A program made the position numbers and the translations under genes. The notes under the pieces are model-generated. The model searched no databases. It was not told the origin of the DNA and saw nothing but the letters and a program-made list of their open reading frames with translations. From Polymyxa betae A26-41 (lineage: Eukaryota; Protista; Endomyxa: Phytomyxea): a DNA stretch of 54,811 nt. The stretch lies in assembly GCA_003693705.1 (NCBI GenBank), contig RBZT01000568.1:1-54811 (forward strand), given 5' to 3'. Below, in pieces: positions 40,655 to 53,412 of the stretch; position 1 is the stretch's first letter, and each line of letters opens with the position of its first letter.

Positions 40655-41434
40655 ATGGATTATAGCATGTTAGTATACTTGACCCGATATGCATTCCAAA
40701 TCCCGACTATGACCACGACTACAAAGTGAGGGCTGCGTCATGCTCTAAGTGTGTGTCTTTGATCAGTCAGAGACACAATCCTGAAGGGTGTCATTTTCAG
40801 GTCACTGCTTTTAAGCAATGTCGCTCTTTCTGTCCCCATTTAGTCAAATCACCCTGTATAAATTCTGGAAGGATTCATCTCCTGCAGTCAGGCATCAGAC
40901 TTTATTCGGGTCGGAAACTTTTTACACCGTTTGATCGCTCCGTTTCAGTGTCGTCCTGATGGTCGAATAGATTATCTACTCTGTTGGGGACCATATTGTT
41001 CATGATATTATTCGAATGCCTTCATTATCTGATAATCATTGGCAAAGTGTTTCGTCAGCACCTGGCATTTTCTGTCGCGTACGTGACCTCGTATCTCATT
41101 TCGATTCTTTGGCAGCATTCGCTTAATAGGTAACAAATGATCAAGACCGAAGACAGGCTGAGCTGAGTATGCTTTCAGATTGTTGCTGCCAAGGCGAAAT
41201 AAGCACGAGCCTTACTGCCAAAGTCTTGGGCACACGTTTGCTGCCTATTGCTTGTCCCTGATGCTTTCAGCAACGCTCGGAACATTCCTTTTGGCATTTA
41301 TAGGGTTACATAAAAGGCTAGTAAGCATCGTGACGTTGATTATCGGAGGAGCATGCAATTACAAGCTATTACAAGTTTTTGGCAGGCAACAATTAACGTT
41401 GTTGGATCATAGGAAGGCTGCCGAAGTCGTTTAA
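40655..41434 (+). CDS. GtrA-like small multipass membrane protein (multi-exon)
   Basis: About four hydrophobic segments (LLGTILFMILFE, AYVTSYLISILWQHSLNR, YCLSLMLSATLG, IVTLIIGGACNY). The 5' exons are uncertain. Confidence 0.55.
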
Positions 41435-41494
41435 GTGACTTCGGCGCATATGTTTATTTATACAATACTAAACATCTTAAGCGACTATGGAATT

Positions 41495-44400
41495 CTATGG
41501 CATAAGTGCAGGTAAGGTGCTCCTACGTCTTGTTTTGGGTTTCGGTTTTACAACCTGAATCGATTTTTTAACGATTCCTTGCTGAAACTCATGGTGTTGT
41601 TTCAACCAACCTGCATTGTTCCCACCCTAGGAGCAGCTGCAAACCGCTCATTATAATTTTTATCGCGATTTTGTAGCTCCAGTTTGAACATGTTCATGTC
41701 AGTTATCGACTGATCAACACTATAAGAACATCTTTTTAGATAACAGTAATCGAAGGAAGGTGCATTAAACCTTACATTTTTTGCTGCTGGATCGATAATC
41801 GCTCAAGTTCTGCTATCTTCTCAAGATCTTCTCGTCTTGATTCTCGATTTCGGAATCGGTTTTCGACTTCGTCGATTCTTTTTATAGTCGTCAGAAAGTG
41901 CATGGCATAAGTGAATATATTTACTGAGCTCTGAGGTTCGCCAAGTCTTGCTCGAAACCGGCTTTGACCACATCGAACTCGGATTTTTGCCTTTGTAAAG
42001 CCCACCGGTTTTCCTTCTCCAAACGCTCTGTTGAACTGTTGTACCGAGCTGTAATTTGCTTCGCTTCTTCTTCCATTGAAGCTATTTTACGTTCCAAAGT
42101 TAATTGGTCTGAGAACTCAATTATTGAAGAATAGGGGCTTCAGTCGACGCTACGTACTAGAACGTGCACGGTTCAGTTCTACATTCTTTGCATGAAGAAT
42201 TACTTGCAATTCGTTTAGTTCTTTCTTATGAACCATTGAATGTTGGAACACTTCGTCGTTTTTAATGTTAATTTGTTTTTCCATTTGCAGAATGCGATCT
42301 TCACATTGCCTGAACAGTGATCTACATAGGCATATACTCTGTCTTAACAGTTTTCTTACTTTTCAGTCTGTGCAATGGTAGCTCGATACTTGGCTCTTTC
42401 TTCATCAAAACGTAAGTTCGCCACCATCGCTTCATTCTCAATGGCTTCCTCTTTTAGTCTCAGTTCGCGTTTCACTGCTGCCTTCAGTTTTTCCTGGAGA
42501 CATATAAGAACGAAACCACTGCCGGGTTATGTTGATGTCACTTCGTGAACTGATGTTAACTCTTGAATACGAGCTTCAAACTCGCTTCTCTGTTTGGACA
42601 ACTGTTCAGCAATTCTGAGCACGCTCGATTCACGCTCGCGATCTAAAGAAGATTCTAACCTAATGCGATAGTATGAGCCTGAACGTAAAAAACACAGAGT
42701 GCACACCTCTTTTGATACTCTTGGTTGATTCTCTTTATGTCATTGTTATGCTTCTGCTCAAATTCAACAAGTTCTTTCTCGTGCTGTAATTGTGTAGTGG
42801 TGAGAGTAGAAGCCGCAGAAGACCGTTCGAAATCAAACTCGTCTAGCAGTTGCAGCTTCTCAAGCTCCCACTGCTTACGTGATTCTGATTTGAAGTCGTC
42901 GTAATTTCGTTGCGTTTCAGCAAGCTTGCACTTCATTTCATCAATCTCCTTGATAGCATTCGACAATTCTTCCTCCAGCTCTTCAACAAGTTGCTCAGAC
43001 TGCGACCGCTGTTGTCGTTCACATATAAGCTCCGATTCGAGCTTTTTCTTGCATTCGTCTCCATTTTCATTTTCCTATTAATGGTTAGGCTGAGAGAACT
43101 AAATATTATTTTAGAATCTTGCTGACTTTGCGCATCTGTTCTAGCTGCAATCCGAATGCATTTCTTACTTCCTGAAGTTTCGCCTCAAAGCGCTGTTGCA
43201 TTGCTGATGTTTGAGCTTTCCATTTTTCTGATTCCAAATCAATACCTTCTTGTGCCTAGAACTTGTCAATGGAGCAGATAGCAGCCAAGCGTGTTCAACC
43301 TTCTTTTCGATATTGGCGACCCTGTTTTCAGCATCCATTCGTAAACTTTCAATTTCTTCCCGTTTCTCTTTTGTCAATGCTTGAATTTTGCGACTATGAA
43401 CATTCTTGCACTCCACTAATTGACTGTTTAAGCCTGTGATTTCTGCATTGTGCCGATCTTCTAAGTCCTTCCTGTTTTCGAGTCGGACACATGTTTATGC
43501 AAACACAACGAGGAGTTACATTTTCTTATCAGAAATGATTGTTCTCTCTGCGAGCTCGTTTTTACTGTTATCAAGTTCTTTCTTCATTTCGGATATTTGG
43601 TCCAGGAACTGCTCCCGTTCGCGATTACGGTCAACAACGGCTGCCTCACTTGAGCCCTTTAGTTGCGCCCTAAACGGAATAGATATGAAATTGATTGCCT
43701 CTGATCACCATCTACGTACATCCAGTGTTTCTCGTGACTCTCTCGATCAACGCGATGTTCTTCGTTCAGAGTCCTGAGAGCCTTCTCATGAGCTGCTTTT
43801 AATGTCATAACGAAGGTCTCATGTTCCATCTTCAGCCGTGAGACGGTCTGTTCAGATTGGATTCGCAATTCATGGTGACCATTTCGTAATCTTCCACATT
43901 CTTGTTCTCGCTGTTCCAGGCTCCATTTCGTTTCTTCAATTTCTTTGACAAATTTGGAAGCGCGGGTTTCGGCATCATCAAGGTCCTTTTTGAGTTGGGC
44001 CAGTTCTGTTTCGTAACCTATTCTCAATTCTCTCATTGTTCTCTCTTTCGCCTCTTGATACTGAGAATAACGAGCATTGAGTTCAGTGATTTGGCTGTCA
44101 TAAGAATCACGTTGTTTCTGCATCTCTCTGGTCAAAGACTCATTGAGGACTTTGCGCTCGTTTTCGGCGGCCGCTTGAACAGCTTTCAACTGATGCCCCT
44201 GGTTGGCTATTTGAAGCCTTAGCTGTTCTAACGCCCGTTCCTAATTATTAAAATTAGTCAGGTTTGCTTCAGGTCCCGGTTGATTACATGGTCCAGTTTG
44301 ATCTCTTGTAATTGCTGCTCAGTTTCACGTTCAGCCACTGTCCTTGACTGGCGCTGTTTGGCCAGCAGCGTTTGCACCTCCTTAAACTCCTCTTGAAGTC

Positions 44401-45260
44401 GGCGTATTTCAGCCGACGATGTAGAGCGAACATTTTCTAGCTGTAAACGGTACTCACATTTTTGTTGACCAACAAACACGCACAACAGACCTCCTCAAGC
44501 ACACCTGCTTTCTCGCTTTCAAAAGCAGCCAATTTTGTTTCATATTGTTTCCGTTGCACGTCTAATGCCAATGCACGCTCATTTGCCAAACGGACCCGAA
44601 GCCGATCTTCATCACGACATTTTTCTGCGAGCATGGCATTATACTGCTCATTGCTAGACTTAACGACAGCTTCTACCTAAGGAAATGAATACGGGCATGA
44701 CTAGTAACAAATTTTGCTACTTCGGTTTTAGCTTTGAGTTCGGCAATCTTTATACGCTCATCAGCGCAAGATTCTGCATTCCTCACGGCTGCCTGCAAGC
44801 TTTTGATACGATTAGAAAAATCGTCCCGAAGCTGGTGAACCGATGTTGTAATTTTATCAATGCGATTTCTCGCTTCTCGTTCCGTTTGAGATTGATGTTC
44901 AGCAGTGTTGCGTTCAATATCAGCAATAGCAGCTTTTGTTTGATCGAGTTCTTCCCGATGGAGCCTCTCCATATTGGCAATCCGCTTTTCATAGGCTTCT
45001 CTATCGAATTCATTGGCGACCTGGTTGCGGTAATTGGTCATTTTCGCATAAGCATCCTTAAGAATCTGATCGATTTCGGTCTCATACGAACGTTGCAGGC
45101 CAATCACTTCTTTTTCATGATCTTCATTTCGGGTGTTCAAGTGGAAAATCACTTTGGTCAGCTGGGCGATTTTCTTGCTCATTTTCATATGAAGATCCTG
45201 GTTAGTGCTGCCCGGCTGCATCGCCGGATCCAGGCCAGCTGGCCGGCTAGCAGCCTTCAT
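41495..45260 (-). CDS. FAM184: FAM184A/B-like long coiled-coil protein (multi-exon)
   Basis: N-terminal KMSKKIAQLTKVIFHLNTRNEDHE; C-terminal NRESRREDLEKI and FKLELQNRDKNYNERF. Confidence 0.88.
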
Positions 45261-45674
45261 TACTTAAAGCTAACTACAATAGAAGTTTAATGGTATAGTG
45301 ATAGCGATCTCAACCATCCTCGGGTACTACAAAATGATTACATAAACGCTATTGTTACAAACATGACTGCTACTGTTATACAGGGCAATGTTATGCTAAG
45401 GACTTCACCAATCATTAGACCCAGATACAAGAACCAATACTACTCCATAAACATGGGCTAGGGTTTTTTATAGTTGCTGCAGCCCATAGTCTTGACTGAT
45501 ATAGTTGTTTGTATGGGGCTCCCCAGTACCCCATGGGCCATGACATTATTCCAGGCGTAGGCGTGGCCATAAAATATATCTACATCTTCATTGTGATGAA
45601 AGGTCGATCGATCTCTGCGATCGATTGTGAATTCCTTCTGGTGTGATGCGCGGTTCGCAAAGGATGTCATCGTC

Positions 45675-47774
45675 ATGGACGATGTTGCTGTGGTTGTCTC
45701 CAATTCGCATGGTTTATGGGCCGCCTGGCATCGAGAGCTAGATGGGTCTCTAGCTTTGCCGGCTGAAGCGTTTCATGCCCTTCACTTGCCTTGGGGCGCG
45801 CCCATGCAGCCTGCCTATCGTCATCGGCGCGTTAGAGCAAAGCAAATCATGATATCGAAACCGTTGCGCCATTCTTCCTCCATCTGTTTGTAAATCTTTA
45901 TCGTTTTGTAAAAGCAGTTGAAAGTTGCAATTAGATGGGATTCCCATTGTAAACGGCGCCTTGTACGCTGCTGCTGACGGTTTTGGCGTCGTTGTTCGTG
46001 TGCTCACTGATCACGATCGGCAATTGTCTGAAGACGAATTCGCTGTTGCTGATTCAGAATCGACGGTTTCCGTTACGTTTTTGCCAAATGATTCTGCCGC
46101 AATTCATACCACTTCTGTTGCTGACATTCATCCTGAACTAATAGAAATTGATGGTTGTTGTTTCTTTCGAGTAACATCTGTTTATTTATAATGATGTTAG
46201 GCCAATTTTCTGAGCTATCGAATGATAGTTCAGGTGATGCCGATCGTCATGCGCTATTGAAAATCGCTAGCTCTAATTCCAACGTTTTAGTCACGGGTCC
46301 GAAATCAGTTGGCAAGTCTTACTCTTTGCAACAGCTTTCAAAGATGTCTCGCCTTTCATATATTTTTATTTCCGGAATGGATCTTAAACGGCCCTTCGAT
46401 TTAAAAAAATATGCTGCTGGCGGCTCTCCACCTTATATTGCCGTTTTGGATGACATTGATGAGATTGACATTAGTGATGTATTAACGTGCTTTGATTCGA
46501 TCTCCTCAAATTCTCAGATACTGGCAATAATCGCTGCTGTAATCTCATCACAGACACTTCCTATCAGCCTTCGTAAGCGCTTCAGTAAAATCGTTGAAAT
46601 TCATGCTCCTACTCATGTCCAACGGCAACGAATTCTTCAAACATTATTTCATGAGGACAGTAAGAGTCTGGATCTAGCAGCCTATGTGGCTTCTTTAACA
46701 CCTGGATTCACTCCTTGCAGTCTGAAAAATTTGTAATTCCTGCTTTGGTTGTATTCTCAGCATTTAATTAAATCTAGATGTATACGAGCTCGCTCTTCTG
46801 CTGCACTTCTCGACGAACCTATAAGCCCGTCGCATTTCCACAACATTCTTGGAAATCGAATCAAATGCCTGCAGCGATTTGCGGGTTACGAATCCATTGT
46901 TCGCCGGCTGTCTGCAATCAAACACCAATGGATCCAGCAGGATCTGGATACTAATGGAGTTCTTTTTAGTGGAGTATTGCTTTATGGGTGAGCTAAACAG
47001 TGTAATGTAGTCGATCGTATTGTAATATTGTAGACCATCAGGATGTGGAAAGACGCTGCTGATAAACTCGTTGTTATACCAGGACCTCTCTCTCAACTGT
47101 CTCACTTTGAGTGCCGCATCGATCTATTCCAAATATTTGGGTGATAGCGAGGCACGTTTACGTAAGGCATTTCGAGAAGCCCGACAACGCAAGCCTTGCC
47201 TATTATTCATGGACGATATTGGTAATCATACAAGCATCCGGGATGGATTATAATATTGATTCCCTTCTTTAGATGGCATCAGCGGAAGCCGGGAATCTGA
47301 CGATGGCAGCGATTCAGGAGTGAAGAACCGCGTTTTATCCACACTTCTGAATGAGCTGGATGGGGTTTCAGGTCGTGATGGTGTCTACATTATCGCAGCT
47401 ACAAATCGCATCGATAGGGTCGATAGCGCCCTACTACGACCAGGTTTCGCTTCCGTGTTGTATTTATTCTTTGGCTCAACTGGCCTATAGGACGGTTCGA
47501 TGTGCATTTGAAAATCGGGTTTCCATCATATTCTGATCGTTTGAATATATTGAAGTGTTGCATTGAATCTATGAAGGTCGATACTGATATAAATTTGGAA
47601 GAAATTGCTGCTGTTGAGATGACTGGTGCTGATATCCGTGATATCTGTCAACGAGCTGGTTTGATGGCCCTTGCTCGGAATCAAAACGCATCTAGTATCA
47701 CTGCTGGTGACTTTAATCTGGCTTTTAGAGAATGGATTAATTTACATTCTATGGGAGCCACCTCAAATAAATAA
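45675..47774 (+). CDS. Divergent CDC48/SPATA5-family double-AAA ATPase (multi-exon)
   Basis: D1 GPKSVGKS...LDDID; D2 [68 protein letters not shown]. The start is uncertain. Confidence 0.8.
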
Positions 47775-47814
47775 TGGTAATGTATAAATATTTTGTAGAG
47801 AGAAGAAGATGCAG

Positions 47815-48961
47815 TTACATACTATATCGCGAATCCCCAACGTCTTTGTATTCTGGCCCTTTCTTGAATTTCATCCAGACTAATATTCCAGTGGCAATCA
47901 AGACGATGCCAGCGCCAACCAATGACACGATTAGCATCAGAAGTTCAGCATGGTCGTCTGCTTGTTTGGCGTGGTCCCATGAAGCGAACACATTGCGATC
48001 ACCAAGTTGCTGCAGGTTTCGAATCTGGCCAAGTTGAGAACATATGAAAAATGGAGCAATGGGCTTACATTTGGACCAATTGACTGTCCATCATTAATTG
48101 TTAATGCACGTAGCAGGATTAATGTAGGTAATTCGACAAATGCTTTACTTTCAGGTACAATCCATTGCACTCCCTTTAAATAGAAACAAATATCAGATAA
48201 ACACAAAAGAGCCATCGCTGATGGCAAACCTGTGAACAAGGCGGGCTGGTTAATGATCCTCTATACGTGAAAAAATGGTGGGACTTAGAATGCTGCAATC
48301 CTGTACTTTGTAGCAAGTCTAGAGCTGATAAAGATGCTGTCGATGAGTTTGTTTTTGATGCAAGATCATACAGAGCATCGTTGCCCACGATATTATCGCT
48401 TTGATCAGATTTCGTCGATTGTGAAAACTATAAGAGAAATCAATGGCGATTTGGGTGATTGATGTTTCTCGCTACCATGATCGATATTGCAAACAGCCCA
48501 TCTGTTTTGGCAGAAGCTTGTGAATAACTCCCATAATTGGTATTAAAGTGAACCATCTGGAGTTCGGCATCACCATATTCTCCATTGATAGCATGTTCAG
48601 ATCCATGAGAAGAATCCGTCTGAGACCAATGCAATTCTAAATATGACAGTCGATATACAGATCCGTCTGAGAACGGAATTCCATTGCATGTAAAGTTTTC
48701 GGTTTGATCCAGAATGAGCTGCAATGAATGCTCAGTATGAAGGACTGTGCCTTGGAACATATAATCGGTCACTGTGAGATAATTACAGCGGAATGGAGTC
48801 GCGAGACTGCTGTCATACTGGACCTGCAACCTATCGATATTGATGGGAGATTGTGTATCAGCGATCTGGCATTGATCTGGCCAGTGATCTTGTTCAGAAT
48901 ATGGCCATGACTCAACGACCTGAAGCCAGAAGCAGCAGATGGTTAGGATCACCAAGATCAT
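47815..48961 (-). CDS. Alpha-carbonic-anhydrase-like type I membrane protein (multi-exon)
   Basis: Signal peptide, QSPINID, GSEH, YRGSLTSPPCSQ.VQWIV, NVRP-like NVSP, then a C-terminal TM helix and a short basic tail. Confidence 0.88.
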
Positions 48962-49098
48962 GTCATGTGGTAAGGCAAGATGTCGATAGTATGGTAGCCT
49001 GGTCCGATCTTCAACATCATCAACAAACATACAGTTACACCAAGCATGGGCATTGATTCCAGAAAATCTGACATTGAGTGATGTATTTAAGCAATGAG

Positions 49099-51080
49099 TT
49101 AATCGGACAATTCGGCAATTCTGCCTTCAAGGTGTAATGGCATCTCTTCTGATTTCTGATCGCGTCGCCGTTCTAACACCCAGGCAACAATCTCGGGAAT
49201 GCATCGGACAGGCAATTCAGGCAACACGAAGCCAGTTTTCCAGCAAGTGCAATTATCGCCTCCGAGAGCGATGAAAAATGAGGTTGCCACTCGATATCTT
49301 CAATTTGAGCTCAATATGCATACAAATCTCTGAACTGATGACTTACTTATGGTTATCAGCAAGAGGCTTGCCACTAATCGTGAAAGAGATTATTCTCGAC
49401 CCAGCTGGTTTGTGTCGAGAAAACTGAATCCGAACATGCGAAGAAACATGGGGAAAACAGCCAGCGGGATGTGGAAATTCTCGGATCATTTGTTCGATCG
49501 CAGCGCGAAGGTTTGCTATCGTCGCTCAGTACAAATTCTTTCAGCAATAATACCTGCGGCTTACCTCCAGATATCTCTATTACAACGGCATTCTTGGGAA
49601 AAGGCATCTCTTCATCTAACAACCGCCTCGTAACTTCTACGCCTTCATCGTAGAGCCGATCACCGCGAATAAAACCGCCATTAATCAATCCCATATCAGG
49701 ATCAGCACCATGCGCATTGAAAAAACCATGCAAGCAATCGGCAACCAAGTTTCCGCTGGTAGCTTCGCTAACCCGAACAATAGCAGTTCGGGTATCCAAA
49801 GGAGGACCTATCAGGATTCAGAACCCATGAAACGAACAGGGATTGATTCCTTTCAAGAAAAAAAAACTCATTTTGATCAAAGTTTGCAGTCAAAGACAAC
49901 CATAAACAACCTGTCAGTTTCATAATAACTTCGTCCAGGTTTACAGATGGATTCGCTAATTCGATTTCTTTCTGGTATTTCGCCACAATATCCAGGGTTG
50001 CTTTATCTTGTTCAACTCCCGCCGTGCTTTTCATGTACCATGAGAAATGCCACTGTGCTTTACCATCGTCGTCTCGACGCCACATGATATCAATGACCCC
50101 AACCCAGTATGCTGAATCGAAATTAGCTCATGACAATATGCTTCCACAAACAGTAACTAATACCATTCTGGCCGCATTTCATGATCAGCGTATGATCTTT
50201 ATACTGGCAAAATGGATCGCTGCATATCAATTATTATCATAAAGGGGAAATGAAACAAGAAAGTTACTGATCGTGACCACCAAGCAGAATATCAACATCG
50301 TCAATAAATTCCGAGATTTCAACATCGCCCTTCCGGCGTAGATGGGTCAGTCCCACCATCAAATCGATGTCGTTCTCGTTTCTAAGACGACCAATTGTTT
50401 TGCGACTAGCTTCAAGTGGATCTGAGAAAACCGTGTCTTTGCAGGGATACGAACTACAGAAATCATTGTTACTAAGACAATATCAAACTCATGAATGTTA
50501 TTACAGTGAAGGCGTAGAAGGTGTGCAAACGCCAAACAGGCCTATTCGTAGTCCATCTTTCGTCACAAAACTCGTCCCATCAATCGTCCCGGGAATGAGC
50601 TTTCCTAAACTACCGACGGCAATGTTAGCTCCCAGCCACGTGAAGTTCGATTCTTTGATACGATCAATTAAGGTGAGCGTAGAAAAATCAAACTGCAAAG
50701 ACAGGCACATCAACAACCAGTCTGAAAACACTTTACTAATCACCGACCTCGTGATTTCCCAGCACAACAGCATCAATCCTCATATGGTTTAATATTTCGA
50801 TGATTACTCGACCTTTGGTCTGTTCTGCCAATCGCGATCCGCCCAAAAAGTCACCATTCACGGTCACCAAGCAGTCTATTACTAAGGTGAGGTTCATTGC
50901 CACTCAATGGCAATCGGACGTACTGCCGCCACATTCGTCGCGAAGCCGATTAATCAAAGAGGTGGCTGATGCAAACCCGCCATGTCCACTAGCATTGTCA
51001 AATGTGTAGACATCATTAATAGAGATAATTCTATATGAATGCCAAGGTGATCCCTGTTGTTGGGAACTCTCTTGTAACAT
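49099..51080 (-). CDS. 5'-nucleotidase / UshA-like metallophosphoesterase (multi-exon)
   Basis: INDVY, NGDFLGGS, LGNHEFD, GLTHL, LLGGHDH, GLINGGFIRGDR, MPF and FIALGGDN. No signal peptide evident. Confidence 0.92.
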
Positions 51081-51329
51081 TCCTTATCAGTGATTTTTAC
51101 TATATCTATTGTCTATAATACATAACATGGAAATGGAGGCTGCGTACCCCTGATCAAACCCCATCAACAATATCTAATTTCTACCTGATTATTAAACCAG
51201 AGTCACGTTCACAACAACCTGGAAAATAATTACACGGTAGATAGAGCTTCAATTAAACCAATTGCTGAACGTTGTATTATTGAAAAGCTTTTCAGAAATG
51301 AGCTATATACAGACAGCAAGATTATACAG

Positions 51330-52385
51330 TTAGGCAAGCTTGACAGACATGCCTTTGAGTGCCGTCCTGCTCTGATTTCGCTTGATGGCAGCATTAACCA
51401 TAAGTGTGGCGAATCCAGCAGAAGAGATCGGGTCATTGGCCAGTATCAAATCAGCGCTACCGTCGTTATTCGGGTAGAAAATGCCACAGTTTGGGTTAAT
51501 TTCGAGCAGGAATACTTTGCCATTAGCATCAACCCGAATATCAGAACGACCATAACCGATACCACCAAGAATGTGATCAAACGCTGCGATACCAACGGCC
51601 TTGCATTTTTCTGCCAGAACCGGATCTGATACAGGAAAGCACGACATCTTGCCGAAATCGATCCATTTCAAGTCGAAATGCTTGAACGATTCGCCATCCG
51701 GGAAATTGAACTGCACGGGGGTGAATGCACGCGAGCCGGCGGTGTGCGGGTCTTCGCAAGCCAGAACGGTGATCTCGATGCCTTCGATATATTCCTCTAC
51801 AAGAACATCCCTGAACTGCTTGATAAACCGAGACGCTTCTGCCTTCAGCTGGTCCATATTGCGGCAGAGAGAGTCGCGCGTCATCCCGATTGAATTGTAG
51901 CCGCTCGTGTGCTTGACAATAACCGGAAAACAAAGATGTCTGCAAGCCTGTTCAATGTCTTCTTTCTTCGAAACATAGGCGTATGCAGGGACAGCAATGC
52001 CAGCCAGGCTCGCCTTCTTCTTCATTTCAATCTTGGTCGGCTCAAAATGTTTCGAATCAGCGCCAGTGAAAGGAACCCCAAACGTCTCCAGCGCCTCGAC
52101 GACCGTGATACCAGCACGATCTTCATCCAAAGCCCCATCACATAGGTTGAAGAATACATCGTAGGCGCCTTTTAACACCAGATCCCGAACCTGCGAGTAT
52201 GCCGTCTCCTTTTTGATCGCGACCGAGGTAAATTCGTAACGATGGGAGTCTGGGCATTTCGACACTTCATACTCTGGCGTGCACTGGTAATCGTCGAACT
52301 CCTTGGTTTCGGACGTCGATCCTTCGTACGAAGCTTGCAGAACACAGACGCGCAAGGGCTGGGTCGGCTGGGGTTCCAGACCCAT
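51330..52385 (-). CDS. D-Ala-D-Ala-ligase-like ATP-grasp enzyme, intronless
   Basis: FFNLCDG, VPFTGAD, FPVIVKH..GYNSIG, LVEEYIEGIEITV, GYGRSDIR and LEINPNCG. First ATG at 52385. Confidence 0.85.
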   Translation of the reverse strand: MGLEPQPTQPLRVCVLQASYEGSTSETKEFDDYQCTPEYEVSKCPDSHRYEFTSVAIKKETAYSQVRDLVLKGAYDVFFNLCDGALDEDRAGITVVEALETFGVPFTGADSKHFEPTKIEMKKKASLAGIAVPAYAYVSKKEDIEQACRHLCFPVIVKHTSGYNSIGMTRDSLCRNMDQLKAEASRFIKQFRDVLVEEYIEGIEITVLACEDPHTAGSRAFTPVQFNFPDGESFKHFDLKWIDFGKMSCFPVSDPVLAEKCKAVGIAAFDHILGGIGYGRSDIRVDANGKVFLLEINPNCGIFYPNNDGSADLILANDPISSAGFATLMVNAAIKRNQSRTALKGMSVKLA

Positions 52386-53052
52386 CTTGAATAGAGAAGC
52401 CTTAGAAGGCAATAGAGGCTAGGAGAGGTTTGAGGTCTAGTTAGGGAACGCCCAAGTCAATGGATGTAGTAGGTAGTTACAGGTGATGCGGGGTCTGGCG
52501 TGCGTACACAATACAGCGAGTCAAACCCTAGCTTGTACGTTATGTAGACTTGTAGCAGCCCCATGTTACTCATTGTATGGTGGGATGTTGGGGTCCGCCC
52601 CTAATCTATTTGGCTTTAGTCGCCAATCAGACGAACTCAGCTCTAGGCCGTTTCTTCATCGCAGATTCCAACCGATCGAGTCGAGTGCTGCGTCCCGAGA
52701 GCTGGTCACAGCTCGGGCTGCTGGCAGTTTCGGCCGCGGCTTGCGGTCCCGCGTCTTTTTGAAACCGTTCTGCCTTGAATCAATGTACCTCTCCGTTGAA
52801 AGGTAGTTTATTATTGATCAATACAATACGTGAAAATGGGATGACTATAGATGGTATTTCGCCAAGAGAGCCAGTCGGCATACACATAAAGTTTTAGCGA
52901 ATGCACGACCGATCAGGATCGTAGATTGCTTTCGGCTTCTCAACATTATTAACAGTTTGAATGGCTCCCAAAACTTTCACTTCCGCCGACGGCAATATTG
53001 TTCATCCAATTGCTCATTTTGAGTCATACTACTAACGTATTCGATAGCAGCG

Positions 53053-53412
53053 ATGTCAACTCTCGAAGATCAACTTCAAGCATCGCCTGAGCCCGAATCG
53101 CAGGCACAAGATATAGAGGAACGGGATGAGGACGACCAGGAGGAATCGCAGCAACAAGATATAGAAGAGCAGGACGATCAGGAGGATGACGATTCCGACG
53201 ACGAAGATTCAGATAGTGATGATTCAATGGATCTGCCAATAGAGGAGGTTCTTGAACGTCATCGTGAGAGCCTTGCTAAAGCCATGAAAGGATTTACAGT
53301 GCAGCGTATACCACCAGAGGCAATCGTTGAATCAGATGTAAAAATTCCAACCTTTGTAAATGAGCAAGGAGAGCAGCAGTATCAGACAATATGGCATCTA
53401 AAGTCAGAATAG
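53053..53412 (+). CDS. Acidic low-complexity ORF, possibly the 5' part of a decayed gene
   Basis: 119-aa Asp/Glu-rich ORF with an internal QDIEE duplication. No clean downstream exon chain found. Confidence 0.35.
   Translation: MSTLEDQLQASPEPESQAQDIEERDEDDQEESQQQDIEEQDDQEDDDSDDEDSDSDDSMDLPIEEVLERHRESLAKAMKGFTVQRIPPEAIVESDVKIPTFVNEQGEQQYQTIWHLKSE

Noticed and set aside
37495-41434. SAMHD1-CutC-GtrA as a bacterial defence operon or recent HGT block
   Set aside because: All three contain spliceosomal introns, and SAMHD1 and CutC families are widespread in eukaryotes. Tight spacing is common throughout this window.
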